A stretch of 64,000 nucleotides of DNA from Nitrospinales bacterium (GCA_046757665.1 JBHHYO010000003.1:24146-88145); one strand, 5' to 3'; positions 38,735-48,531 are shown, counted from the stretch's first letter. Program-made: numbers and translations. The notes: generated from the letters alone by a model not told the origin.

Positions 38735-40874
38735 GACTCATTATACCAAGATACCATTTCCCCCGCGCCGCCAAACGGCAACCGTCTTCGTCCGCGCGAA
38801 TCAGAAGTTGTTTTTGCATTTCAGCCAGGAGGCGGACGGCGACCGCCCGCTCCAGGCCGATTTGGCTCCCGCGCAAACATTTCCCCCGACACCGGCGCAA
38901 GAAGTCCCGTTCCCACCGGTAAAAGGGATTGCCCGGGTCTTTCATGGAGGAAAACAGGAGACGGACGACCTGTTCTCCGAGAGATTTCAATTTCCCGGCG
39001 CTTTTGTTCGTACCGCGCAGGTTGACGCCGATCTTGTTTTCCGTGCCCGAATTGCGGACAAACACCGCCGCTTCCGGTGGCGTTGCGCCTGCCGGGCGCC
39101 GCGCACCGGACGGTTGAACAGCAAGCAACATATAAAGCATGTCCGGGTCCTCGGGAAACGCCACGGTTCGACAACGCATCCCGCGCTCCCCGGCCCAGGC
39201 GGAAACCTGCCGTTTCACCAGCCGCCACACCCGGGAGTTTTTGCAAAACAGTTCCTTTTTGACGTAATAGGCATAATGCGTTTGCTTGAATCCCGGCGCA
39301 AAGGGAGGGCGGAACCATCGGGAAGGCGGCGTGGTACCGCGGCGGATCAAATGCGCCTCCGCCGAAAACGTGTTCAAGGCGCTTTTCAATCCGTTACCGG
39401 CAAACACCTCGACCCGCTCGCCCGTTTCCCGCTCCAGCCAGGCCGATGTAACGTTGTGCCCGGTCTCCTCGCCGCCAACGGCAAAAAACGCCGACACATC
39501 AGCAACGCTTTTCGCCGGAACCCTCTTGTCCAGGGCCGTTTCGATGGCTTCCAGCCGCCTGACATCGAAAATTCCGCGCCTTTGAATTTCCCGAAACTCC
39601 CGCGCAAGACGATTGACGGCGCTCTTCTGCTTTGTGGAGACCGCATTTGCCGGAGAATTTTTCATCTGCCGGGCGCAAACATTCAACCGGTTTTCGATAA
39701 ACGCGGCGGCGATACGCGACAAAATCCACTTGTCGCCCACCGGCGTAACGCGCGGCTTCAACCCCAGCTTGCCGGCGGCCGACGCGGCATTGAAATCGCT
39801 TTCCACGGTGTTCAGATAAATAAAGTCCCGGCGCCGGCCGGGGTCCCGCTCCAAAAGGTAACGCGCCTGAAGAAAAGCCGTCTCGTCGCCGCTTCGCACC
39901 AGAATACTGTCCTTGAACGGATCATACTCCAGGAGGTAAAACCGGTCGCCGTCGGCGTCGAACACGGCCGCGCAAACACGGCATTTCCCCTGGCGGATGG
40001 CGTTTTGGCGTTTTTGTCCCAATCGCAAAAGTTTGGCAAGCGCGGTGTGCTTGCGGAACGCGCCCTTGCGAACCGCCTCCGGAGCAATGGAACTGTGTCC
40101 CTCCAGGTCCGCCACTCCGCCATGCAAATTCACGTCGCCGTTGAGCCGGTTGTTGACTTCAACGACTTGTCCGAACCCGGCCCGGTGAAAAATTTCCGCG
40201 GCAATCCCCGTCAAGGATCCATTGGCCGGGTCCACGACCAGCACAATATCCTTGAACGATACCGAGCCTTGCCACGAGTTTTCCGGGTCCAGGGAGAAAC
40301 GCATGAAAAATTCCAGGGCGTCCGTCCGGCAGAAAATCCGTTTTCCCCGGAGCTTCTTTTGGACAATAGAGGAATAGTCTTGGGTTAAGATAGCGCCGGT
40401 CAGGTCGGCGTCATTGCGCGGCAGACTTTTCAGTCCCCGGTAGGAGAAAAACGTTTTGATGCCGTTTTGGTCCCGGGGGTTGTGGGAAGCGGTGATCATG
40501 AATCCCCCGCCGGCTCTCTTGTACAGCATGTACAACGGCACGAGGGGCGTGGGGACCACCCCCACGACCAGCGCCGACGCGCCCGCCTTGCGCACTCCAT
40601 TGATTACCGCCTCGTTGAAAACGCCGCGCGTGTCGCGCGGGTCCCAGCCCACCACAATGGTGTCGCCGGGTTTCAGTTGCCCATCGGCCATGCACCGGTC
40701 AACATGGACGAAGGCGTAAAGCTCCATGAATTCCTCGGTAATCACCCGCCGGTCCAAAAAAGCTTCCTGGGGAGTGCAACCTTTTATGGCGGAAGCCGGC
40801 CGGGTCTCGCCGCGAACTCCATCGGTTCCCTGAAACCGGAAACCGGCGGGAATGTCGAAAGTTTGTTTTGCCAT
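38727..40874 (-). CDS. Divergent alpha-D-phosphohexomutase (GlmM/PMM-like)
   Basis: GTDGVRG, ITASHNP...NGIK, FDADGDR, VGDKWI, GGEETGH, RNSGTENK. Confidence 0.85.
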   Translation of the reverse strand: MAKQTFDIPAGFRFQGTDGVRGETRPASAIKGCTPQEAFLDRRVITEEFMELYAFVHVDRCMADGQLKPGDTIVVGWDPRDTRGVFNEAVINGVRKAGASALVVGVVPTPLVPLYMLYKRAGGGFMITASHNPRDQNGIKTFFSYRGLKSLPRNDADLTGAILTQDYSSIVQKKLRGKRIFCRTDALEFFMRFSLDPENSWQGSVSFKDIVLVVDPANGSLTGIAAEIFHRAGFGQVVEVNNRLNGDVNLHGGVADLEGHSSIAPEAVRKGAFRKHTALAKLLRLGQKRQNAIRQGKCRVCAAVFDADGDRFYLLEYDPFKDSILVRSGDETAFLQARYLLERDPGRRRDFIYLNTVESDFNAASAAGKLGLKPRVTPVGDKWILSRIAAAFIENRLNVCARQMKNSPANAVSTKQKSAVNRLAREFREIQRRGIFDVRRLEAIETALDKRVPAKSVADVSAFFAVGGEETGHNVTSAWLERETGERVEVFAGNGLKSALNTFSAEAHLIRRGTTPPSRWFRPPFAPGFKQTHYAYYVKKELFCKNSRVWRLVKRQVSAWAGERGMRCRTVAFPEDPDMLYMLLAVQPSGARRPAGATPPEAAVFVRNSGTENKIGVNLRGTNKSAGKLKSLGEQVVRLLFSSMKDPGNPFYRWERDFLRRCRGKCLRGSQIGLERAVAVRLLAEMQKQLLIRADEDGCRLAARGKWYLGIMSHE

Positions 40875-40974
40875 AACTGGAGGAAAATCCGGAGGTTAAA
40901 AAAAAACAGTGGCTGATCTTAGCACAATGTATTAACCTTTTGCATGTCAAAGACATATCACCAAGGGAGAGCTT

Positions 40975-41241
40975 ATGGCTTACAAGGCAAAAGTAAAAAA
41001 AGAAAAACGTGAAGTGATTATCCGCACCAGCCAGGAGAAAATCGAGGGCCATGTTTTTATACGCGCCGGACTCCGTCTCATGGATATGCTGAACAAAGAT
41101 GAAGAAAACTTTGTCGCGATGTCCGATGTCAACGTGTATTCCCTGCACACGGAGAGGCTGATCTTCGAGGCGGAGTTTCTGGTGCTCAGCAAAAACCAGA
41201 TCGTGCTTATCGCCGAAAGCTACAAGATTCCTCGAACATAA
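40975..41241 (+). CDS. Small conserved hypothetical protein (DUF6812-like)
   Basis: Good RBS; pattern IEGHVF...RLMDMLN...FVAMSDV...FLVLSKNQIV. Confidence 0.65.
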   Translation: MAYKAKVKKEKREVIIRTSQEKIEGHVFIRAGLRLMDMLNKDEENFVAMSDVNVYSLHTERLIFEAEFLVLSKNQIVLIAESYKIPRT

Positions 41242-41300
41242 AATCCGCTTACAATAACAAAGAGAGAAGAGGGCGCTCCACTTGACCCCTTTTGACTTTT

Positions 41301-43034
41301 CTATTTTTTCCGCAAGCTCCGACGAGACTTGACTTTACTTGCGGACAATCCTAAAGCGCGGCCGTTGACGGCGAGCTTGCCGTTTTTGAAGGTAACGGCC
41401 ATTTTATAATTACCCCCCTTTTTCTCCAGCAAACCAATCCCCTCCCACCGGTCCAAGGGAAAAGAGGCAAACCCATTTTTCAATGCGGGCACGGGAGCCG
41501 TCAAGGCGGCTTCGGCGTTCAAGGATTGAAAAACGGAAAACGGATTGGCCGGCAAGTCCAGACTGCCGGCATCGACGGAGATTTTTCCGTGACCGACGAT
41601 CTCGCCTTCCGGCGTTTTCAGGCTCAGTTGCGCGACTTCCAGTTCCGGCGATTTTTTCAGCACGGCGCCCAGCAACGCCATCAGGTCCTGTTGTTTTGCG
41701 ATGCCGGGACGGGACATCGCAGACAATTCCGAAAACTGGCCGCGTATTTTGCCGATCGAGGCGGCATCCAGACGGCGCACCTTGAAAGTCGCCGACCCCG
41801 GCCCATACCGCATTTTCTCAAAACCCGCCAACCGGGTTTTGACTTTGGCGGTGAAGTCCGCAAGCCCCGCCGCTTCCCGTCCGGAAAAGTCAAACTCCAT
41901 GCCTTCCAGAAAATAGCTCCCGCCAGAGTCTTTCAATGAAACCCGATCCAGCGCCAGCGTCGCCGAGCGGCGGACAACTCCGCCGGAGTTTTTTTGCAGG
42001 GTTGCAGTGGCCCGGAGCGGACTGAGGGCCAACGTCCTCTTCCCACGGCTTTGCCGAAAAGGCCGTACCGTAAGGGAGCCGCGGATATCGGCCCGGTCCG
42101 CGGAAAACGACACTTGCCCCTCCAACCCTTGCCAACTCACCGTTGCGGGCTGGGCGGCGGAATTGGCGTACGCAGGCATTTTGAAACGGCTTTCGCCGCT
42201 ACCGTCCAGACGAATTGTCGTTTGCACTTCAAGAGCGGGAACCGCGCCCGGCGAACTTTTCCCCGGACCGGGTTCGGGGGTGATTCGGCTGTCCACTCGT
42301 ACCTGAGCCGTGGCATCCGCAAAGTTGCCTTTCGCGATTTCCTCGAACAGAAGAGGCCCGTGGGTGATCTCATGGTGCATATTGAATTTAAAAACCGCGA
42401 CTTTGAGCAGGTTATCCGCCGAGGAACGCAACCACCCGCGCTCGAAATTTTTGTTGATCAAAATCGTATCACCGCTTTGGTAAACCTTTGCCGGGAGTTC
42501 GCTGAATTTCAACTCCACCTGCATACCGACCCAGTAGGGCAGTGCCGCCGCCACGGCAAGCAAGAGGAACACCGGGATCAAAACCCACCGGACGGACGAG
42601 GACGATTTGGCGCGCGGCGCTTTTTCCCTCGGAGGAGGCGCGGGTTCCGCCGCCACCGGTTCCTGGCGCGTGGCGGGTTTCTTCTTCCTGAATCGGTCCA
42701 GCCAGGAGGCGCGCGGCGCTTCTTCCTTTGGGGGCCACAATTCTTCATGCGCCTTGACTACTGTTTCCTTCGGTTCGGCGGGCGGAGCCTCCTTCCGGCG
42801 CACGGGGACCGGAACCCACTCCGTCTCGAACCCCAACTGCCGCAGGTACGTCTCGGCCTGTTCGACCTGCCGGTCGGCGATGTTCTTTTCAAACTCCCAG
42901 GGAACGCCCTCGGAAACCTGCTGTATCACCTCCGCGGCGCGTTCCGGAGTCATGCGAAACACCTTGGCCAGACGGGTGCCGGCATTGTCCCGGTCGAGCC
43001 CCGACCACTGAGTTAAAATGATGCGCTGGCTCAT
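41301..43034 (-). CDS. YdgA/DUF945-like membrane-anchored protein with an extra N-terminal domain
   Basis: TM followed by PYWVG, FERGWLRSSA, HEITHGPL, and C-terminal FKNGKLAVNG. Confidence 0.7.
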   Translation of the reverse strand: MSQRIILTQWSGLDRDNAGTRLAKVFRMTPERAAEVIQQVSEGVPWEFEKNIADRQVEQAETYLRQLGFETEWVPVPVRRKEAPPAEPKETVVKAHEELWPPKEEAPRASWLDRFRKKKPATRQEPVAAEPAPPPREKAPRAKSSSSVRWVLIPVFLLLAVAAALPYWVGMQVELKFSELPAKVYQSGDTILINKNFERGWLRSSADNLLKVAVFKFNMHHEITHGPLLFEEIAKGNFADATAQVRVDSRITPEPGPGKSSPGAVPALEVQTTIRLDGSGESRFKMPAYANSAAQPATVSWQGLEGQVSFSADRADIRGSLTVRPFRQSRGKRTLALSPLRATATLQKNSGGVVRRSATLALDRVSLKDSGGSYFLEGMEFDFSGREAAGLADFTAKVKTRLAGFEKMRYGPGSATFKVRRLDAASIGKIRGQFSELSAMSRPGIAKQQDLMALLGAVLKKSPELEVAQLSLKTPEGEIVGHGKISVDAGSLDLPANPFSVFQSLNAEAALTAPVPALKNGFASFPLDRWEGIGLLEKKGGNYKMAVTFKNGKLAVNGRALGLSASKVKSRRSLRKK

Positions 43035-43889
43035 CTAGTGATTTTTCCGGTCAAGAAACAATTTGTAATTCATGGCGTACTCTGCATCTATGACGGAAAT
43101 CTTGCCGATCGACGGGTTGCCCGGCATATCCTGGTACAAATGGGCGTAGGGGTCTGCATCGGCAATCCTCAGTTCCATCAATTTGGCGTTCATCGGATCG
43201 TGGCGCAGGCAGGCCAGAGCATATTCATCCAACCCGAAACCCTGCGCGATTTTCCCCAGGGCGGTCTCCGGCGTATCGCCTTCCGCCATCAGTTTTTGAA
43301 TTTCTTTTTCGATCTTGCGGTTCCGTTCCATCAGGCGGGCGTGGGGATAGTCCGGTTTGGACATGATCATGAAATCCAGATGGCTCCAGTAATTGTTGAC
43401 AAAATCGTCGAAATACACCTCGACACCCTTGCTGAGACGCAACTCATCGGCCTGCTCCCGCGAAGAAGACAACAGGTCGTTATAAAACTTCACCATATTA
43501 TGAACAACGTCGTAAACCACCATCCAGTGGTAAGAGTTCATGATTTCCAGGTCGCGGCTGTTTTCCATGGCGGTGATCAGAACGACCAGCATGGAATGCG
43601 CGTTTTCCATGTCCATGAAATGGGACGTCCAGGAATAATGATCCTGATACCAACGCGGAATATCGTCGGGGAACTCTTTCCGCCGGGAATCGGCGGGCGG
43701 ACGATAGTTGTTGTCCACGTAGCTCAACAGGTCGTCGAGGTCCTTGTAAGCCAGGTCCAGCGCGGACCGGACTATCGTGAAAGGAAACAGACTGCGTTGA
43801 TAGTCCATGTATTCCTTCAGCCCCGGGTCGATCTCCTCCCGGGAATGTTTGTGGCCTTTTTTGCGTATGTCCTTGGCGAAAACCAGCAT
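43035..43889 (-). CDS. Hypothetical protein
   Basis: 284-aa ORF with coding-like composition, tightly packed between co-oriented genes. Confidence 0.75.
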   Translation of the reverse strand: MLVFAKDIRKKGHKHSREEIDPGLKEYMDYQRSLFPFTIVRSALDLAYKDLDDLLSYVDNNYRPPADSRRKEFPDDIPRWYQDHYSWTSHFMDMENAHSMLVVLITAMENSRDLEIMNSYHWMVVYDVVHNMVKFYNDLLSSSREQADELRLSKGVEVYFDDFVNNYWSHLDFMIMSKPDYPHARLMERNRKIEKEIQKLMAEGDTPETALGKIAQGFGLDEYALACLRHDPMNAKLMELRIADADPYAHLYQDMPGNPSIGKISVIDAEYAMNYKLFLDRKNH

Positions 43890-43895
43890 GAGAGA

Positions 43896-44384
43896 TTATT
43901 TGGCCGATCGAATGGATTCGCCGATTTTTTCCAGTTGCTTGCACGTCGTGCTGAGACCTTCCAGACGGATCGCTTGCAACTCGTTGCACAGCTTGAGAAA
44001 AGCTCTGAGGATATCGGTCGAGGTGATGATGCCCACCAGCTTCCCCTTGTGCAAGACCGGTAGCGCGTCGAATTTCCGTTTTGCCATAATGGCGGCGGCG
44101 GCGGCCCGTTGGTCCGGACCGATGGAAACAACCCTGCGGGTCATGATGTGTTTGACTTTCTTGCTCGGAAACGTAATCGAGCCGTCCGATTTATCAATCA
44201 ACCTCTTTTGGGAGCCCAATATCTTCTTCAAGTCCCGGTCGGAAAGAATACCGACCAGGTCCCCATTTTCCAAAACCGGGATATGGCGTATGGCCTCGAA
44301 ATGGAACAGGATAAACACCGAGTCGACATTGTCGTTTGGACTCAGGGTAATCACTTTTTTGGTCATCAGCTCTTTAACTTTCAT
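43896..44384 (-). CDS. CBS-pair domain protein
   Basis: MKVKELMT...IRHIPVL...LVGILSDRDL; VKHIMT...LPVL...LVGIITSTDIL. Confidence 0.92.
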   Translation of the reverse strand: MKVKELMTKKVITLSPNDNVDSVFILFHFEAIRHIPVLENGDLVGILSDRDLKKILGSQKRLIDKSDGSITFPSKKVKHIMTRRVVSIGPDQRAAAAAIMAKRKFDALPVLHKGKLVGIITSTDILRAFLKLCNELQAIRLEGLSTTCKQLEKIGESIRSAK

Positions 44385-44482
44385 GGCTCCTTGTCGGTTG
44401 ATGGTTACGGGAAAAGGTTCGGCAACGTCCGCGGACGGCGGTTTGCAGGCTTGAAAGGCAAAAACGGCATGGGGCGCTCCGC

Positions 44483-44923
44483 TCAGGATTTGGGCTTGCT
44501 GATTCGGGCGAATAATTCCAGAATACCGGCTTTCTGTTCGGCGGTCATATTCTCCGCCATTTTGCGGATTTCCGCAAGTTGTTCGGGCGTCAGCCTGGCC
44601 AAATGTTCCTGTGCCAGCTCCTGAATATTTTCGATATTGACGATTTCTTTCAACCGGGAGAAATCCCGGCCGCCGCCCGGCTCGGTCGCGGGCTTTTGGG
44701 GGTCGGGCATGTGTTTTCCCGGCGCACGGAAAACCACGTAGTTGCCCTGGATTTCGCCGATAATTTGTTCGTTGCCCAGGTTCTTGAGAACCTGGTTTAA
44801 CCCGGCGCCGTTTTTTTTACAGCAATCGTAAAGCGCTTTGAAAGGCAGACGGACGATCTTGTCCGGAAAACCGTTTTTGACAATCGACTGCTTGATGCGT
44901 TCTTCAACCGGTCCGGTTTCCAT
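44483..44923 (-). CDS. Hypothetical protein
   Basis: 146-aa ORF with a helical C-terminus (LTPEQLAEIRKMAENMT). Confidence 0.65.
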   Translation of the reverse strand: METGPVEERIKQSIVKNGFPDKIVRLPFKALYDCCKKNGAGLNQVLKNLGNEQIIGEIQGNYVVFRAPGKHMPDPQKPATEPGGGRDFSRLKEIVNIENIQELAQEHLARLTPEQLAEIRKMAENMTAEQKAGILELFARISKPKS

Positions 44924-45113
44924 GGTTCTCACGTTAAAAGGCGATCAACTCCCATCAGGCCAGAGGCCGGGGTCTCCGGCGAACGACGCCGGGGAGGGTT
45001 GAACGGTTGGCGCCTAATTGTAGTATAATCCGTCTGCCGGTTCCCACAAAAAACAAACCTGCATCCATCCGTTTTTGCGGATACGCCGCGACGGCAAGCT
45101 TGAAAGGAGGTTC

Positions 45114-46847
45114 ATGAACGCCGCTCCACGCCGGACTGCCAAAACCGCCGAACCCCTTTCGGTGCGGGTTGCCCTGGCGCAGGTCAACGCCGTTGTCGGA
45201 GATTTCAAATACAACGCCGACAAGGTGAAAGCCTGCCTGCGCGAGGCCCGGCGACGGCAAGCCGACGTGATTTTGTTTCCGGAAATGGTCCTGACCGGGT
45301 ACCCGCCAGAGGATTTACTGCTGAAACGGGATTTCGTATCGCGGAGTGCGCGGGCTCTGGAGCGCGTGGTTCCCTTCTGCAAGGGGTTGACGGCGCTGAT
45401 CGGTTGCGTGGAACCCGCGGGCAAGGCGCTCTTCAACGCCGCCGCCCTGGTGGCCGACGGCAGGCTCATCGGCCGCTACCGTAAAATGCGCCTGCCCAAT
45501 TACGGCGTGTTCGACGAAAAACGTTATTTCAAGGAAGGCGCCACGCCCTGCCGGTTCGTCCAGAACGGCGTCACCTTCGGCGTCACCATTTGCGAGGACA
45601 TCTGGGAGGAGCCCGAACAACGCCTGGACGTTGACGTGCTTCTGAACATTTCCTCGTCGCCGTTCCATACCGGCAAGGGACGCCTGCGCGAACGCCTGAT
45701 CAAGAAGCGGGCCAGGCAGTTTGACGCCTATGTGGTTTACGCCAACCTCGTCGGCGGGCAAGACGAACTGGTGTTTGACGGACGCAGTCTGGTGGCTGAC
45801 CCCGACGGCAAACTGATCGCCCGCGGCAAATCGTTCGAGGAAGAGTTGATACTGCTGGACCTGCCGGTGCCGCGTCCGAAACTCGCCCGCGCCGGCGGCA
45901 GGAAACGCAAACCCCTGCCCGGCGTCAAAACCTGGCGGATCGCCCGCCGCCCACCGGCCGCCCAAAAATCCCTGCCGCCCAGGCCCATGCGCGCCCCCGG
46001 CGGCATCGAGGAAGTGTTCAAGGCCCTGGTCCTGGGCACGCGGGATTACATCGTCAAAAACGGGTTCAAGACCGTGGTGATCGGCTTGAGCGGCGGCATC
46101 GACTCCGCCCTCACGGCGGCGGTCGCCGTCGAGGCCCTCGGCGCGTCAAACATCGTCGGCATCCTCATGCCGTCGCCTTACTCGTCGGCGGGCAGTATCG
46201 ACGACTCCCGGCAACTGGCGGCCAACCTGAACATCCGCGCCTTCACCCTGCCCATCAAAGCCGCCATGCGCGCTTACGAAAAAACCCTGTCGCCGCTGTT
46301 CCGCGGCACGCCGCCCGGCATCGCCGAGGAAAACCTGCAAGCCCGGATACGCGGCAACCTGCTCATGGCCCTGTCCAACAAAATGGGCTGGCTGGTGCTG
46401 ACCACCGGCAACAAAAGCGAAATCAGCGTCGGCTATTGCACCCTGTACGGCGACATGGCGGGCGGCTTCGCCGTCATCAAGGACGTCCCCAAAACCCTGG
46501 TGTACGAACTCGCCGAATATTTCAACCGGCAAAAAGGCACGGACGTCATCCCCCGCAACATCATCGAGAAAGAACCCTCGGCGGAACTGCGTCCGAATCA
46601 AAAAGACACCGACTCCCTGCCGGAGTACCCGGTTCTGGATGCCGTCCTGCGGCGCTATGTGGAAGAAGATAAAGGCGTGGAGGAACTGAAAAAACTCGGC
46701 CCGCCCAAAAAGGAAATCGAACGCATCGCCCGCCTCGTCGACCGCAACGAATACAAACGCCGGCAGGCCCCGCCCGGCGTGCGCATCACCCCCAAGGCCT
46801 TCGGCAAGGACCGCCGCCTGCCCATCACCAACCATTTCAAAGGCTAG
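45114..46847 (+). CDS. nadE: Glutamine-dependent NAD+ synthetase
   Basis: Nitrilase domain (FPE...GYPPEDL, ICEDIW) plus GLSGGIDS, ENLQAR, GNKSE, PSAELRPNQ; RBS GGAGG. Confidence 0.96.
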   Translation: MNAAPRRTAKTAEPLSVRVALAQVNAVVGDFKYNADKVKACLREARRRQADVILFPEMVLTGYPPEDLLLKRDFVSRSARALERVVPFCKGLTALIGCVEPAGKALFNAAALVADGRLIGRYRKMRLPNYGVFDEKRYFKEGATPCRFVQNGVTFGVTICEDIWEEPEQRLDVDVLLNISSSPFHTGKGRLRERLIKKRARQFDAYVVYANLVGGQDELVFDGRSLVADPDGKLIARGKSFEEELILLDLPVPRPKLARAGGRKRKPLPGVKTWRIARRPPAAQKSLPPRPMRAPGGIEEVFKALVLGTRDYIVKNGFKTVVIGLSGGIDSALTAAVAVEALGASNIVGILMPSPYSSAGSIDDSRQLAANLNIRAFTLPIKAAMRAYEKTLSPLFRGTPPGIAEENLQARIRGNLLMALSNKMGWLVLTTGNKSEISVGYCTLYGDMAGGFAVIKDVPKTLVYELAEYFNRQKGTDVIPRNIIEKEPSAELRPNQKDTDSLPEYPVLDAVLRRYVEEDKGVEELKKLGPPKKEIERIARLVDRNEYKRRQAPPGVRITPKAFGKDRRLPITNHFKG

Positions 46848-46859
46848 AAATTCCCAACC

Positions 46860-46895
46860 GTTCAATCAACTTGAACTATGTTCAGCAGAATGAAC
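46860..46895 (+). repeat. Left inverted repeat of the TA cassette
   Basis: GTTCAATCAACTTGAACTATGTTCAG (46860-46885) followed by CAGAATGAAC. Confidence 0.85.
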
Positions 46896-46900
46896 AGTTG

Positions 46901-47224
46901 CTACGTCCCGGATGTTTGCAGTTTCTCCGGTTTCAGCCGGTAGCCCATGGCGTGCATGATGGCATTGATACTTTCCAGTCTTGGATTGCCCTCTTCGGAA
47001 AGCGCTTTTTGAATGCCGTTGCGGGTGATTCCGGTTTCTCTCGAAATTTCGGAAATGCCCTTCACGCGGCAGATAACGCGGAGGGAGGACAGCAGGGCCG
47101 CGGTGTTCCCATCTTCCGCAAATTCGTCAAAAATCTCTTTCAGGTATTCGTCTATTTCATCCGGATGTTCACGGAAATAGTCCTCCTCGAATTCCCGGAA
47201 CTTTCTGTATTTTCTTTTAGCCAT
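46901..47224 (-). CDS. Addiction-module antidote protein (HI1420 family, HTH)
   Basis: LRVICRVKGISEISRETGITRNGIQKALSEEGNPRLESINAIMHAMGYRL. Confidence 0.88.
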   Translation of the reverse strand: MAKRKYRKFREFEEDYFREHPDEIDEYLKEIFDEFAEDGNTAALLSSLRVICRVKGISEISRETGITRNGIQKALSEEGNPRLESINAIMHAMGYRLKPEKLQTSGT

Positions 47225-47555
47225 GCTTTCGATGCTCCTTCCAGTATTTCCTCGCCGTCTTAATATCCCTGGCCTGACTGCCTTTGTCGCCGCCACATAA
47301 CAGCACAATTATATTCCCGGCCTCCTCGCCAAAATAAACCCGATAGCCGGGGCCAAAAAAAATCCGCAATTCCATCACAGCTTCGCCGACAGGCTGACAA
47401 TCGCCATAAAGTCCGTGTTCCAGTTTTCCAATACGTCTTAAAATAACCCGGCGGCCTTTTCGGTCGCGCAAGCCTTTCATCCAATCGGTAAATGGCTCGT
47501 TCCCGCTTTCATCCTGATAAATGGTAACGGTTTTCGGCTTTACAGCTCCGGCCAT
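47217..47555 (-). CDS. RelE/ParE-superfamily addiction-module killer protein (HI1419 family)
   Basis: PFTDWMKGLRD...GDCQPVGEAVMELRIFFGPGYRVYF...LLCGGDKGSQARDI. Confidence 0.9.
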   Translation of the reverse strand: MAGAVKPKTVTIYQDESGNEPFTDWMKGLRDRKGRRVILRRIGKLEHGLYGDCQPVGEAVMELRIFFGPGYRVYFGEEAGNIIVLLCGGDKGSQARDIKTARKYWKEHRKHG

Positions 47556-47572
47556 CCCCGATCCTTTCTATA

Positions 47573-47602
47573 AAGATACTATTGCATACTATATTATGCA
47601 AT
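47573..47602 (-). promoter_or_regulatory. TA promoter with a palindromic operator
   Basis: Minus strand TTGCAT-17 bp-TATCTT; palindrome ATTGCATA-N6-TATGCAAT (47581-47602). Confidence 0.7.
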
Positions 47603-47613
47603 TAATTTCAAGG

Positions 47614-47649
47614 GTTCAATATTCTGAACATAGTTCAAATTGATTGAAC
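47614..47649 (-). repeat. Right inverted repeat of the TA cassette
   Basis: Reverse complement of 47624-47649 is GTTCAATCAATTTGAACTATGTTCAG, 25/26 identical to 46860-46885. Confidence 0.85.
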
Positions 47650-47865
47650 AGACGGCGCAAACGAGGCAACCTGGACATAAATCCTCTTAAAGAACCACCA
47701 CGAGAAAATAAATTGATCCCCCTGAGGAATCCCGAAGACAGAATTCAAAGGTCCCTTTGACCTTCCCCGTTTCAAGCCGATGTGATAAAATTCAATCCGA
47801 ATCCAGCAACATTCACTCATCGGGAAAACCGGGTCAAACTCCCACGGGGACAAGCGGAGGGTGTC

Positions 47866-48531
47866 ATGAAAAAGAAAATCGGTGTGGTGCTTTCGGGATG
47901 CGGCGTTTATGACGGCGCGGAGATTCATGAATCGGTGCTGACCCTGCTGGCCATCGACCGGGCGGGAGCGGAAGCGGTCTGCATGGCTCCCGACGTCGAT
48001 CAGATGCACGTGGTCAACCACCTGACCGGCGAGGAAGCGGCGGGGGAAAAACGCAACGTGCTGGTCGAGTCGGCGCGCATCGCCCGCGGCCAGGTTAAGG
48101 ACATCAGCGCGGTGAAAGCCGACGATATTGACGCGCTGATCTTCCCCGGCGGGTTCGGCGCCGCCAAGAACTTGTCCGATTTCGCCGTCAAGGGAGAACA
48201 TTGTAGCGTCCATCCGGAAGTCGTCCGCCTCATCCGCGAGTTCGCCGCCAAGGAAAAACCGCAAGCCGCCTGTTGCATCGCCCCGGCGATGTACGCCAAG
48301 GTCTTCGAGGGACAGGGCGTCCATCCCACCCTCACCGTCGGCAACGACAAGGAAGTCAGCGGAAAAATCGAAACCATGGGCGGCAAGCACCAGGAATGCG
48401 GCGCCGAGGACATGGTGTTCGACGAGGCAAACAAAATCGTCTCGACGCCGGCCTACATGACGGGCCAGAGCATCGGTCAAGTCGCCGCCGGCATCGAAAA
48501 AACCGTCAACAAGCTGGTGAGCCTGCTGTAA
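47866..48531 (+). CDS. elbB: Glyoxalase ElbB (DJ-1/PfpI/ES1 family)
   Basis: LSGCGVYDGAEIHE, RNVLVESARIARG, PGGFGAAKNL, CIAP, STPAYM. Confidence 0.95.
   Translation: MKKKIGVVLSGCGVYDGAEIHESVLTLLAIDRAGAEAVCMAPDVDQMHVVNHLTGEEAAGEKRNVLVESARIARGQVKDISAVKADDIDALIFPGGFGAAKNLSDFAVKGEHCSVHPEVVRLIREFAAKEKPQAACCIAPAMYAKVFEGQGVHPTLTVGNDKEVSGKIETMGGKHQECGAEDMVFDEANKIVSTPAYMTGQSIGQVAAGIEKTVNKLVSLL

Noticed and set aside
46871-46885. TGAACTATGTTCA as a LexA box
   Set aside because: Spacing is GAAC-N3-GTTC rather than the Gram-positive N4, and one copy lies between convergent stop codons.
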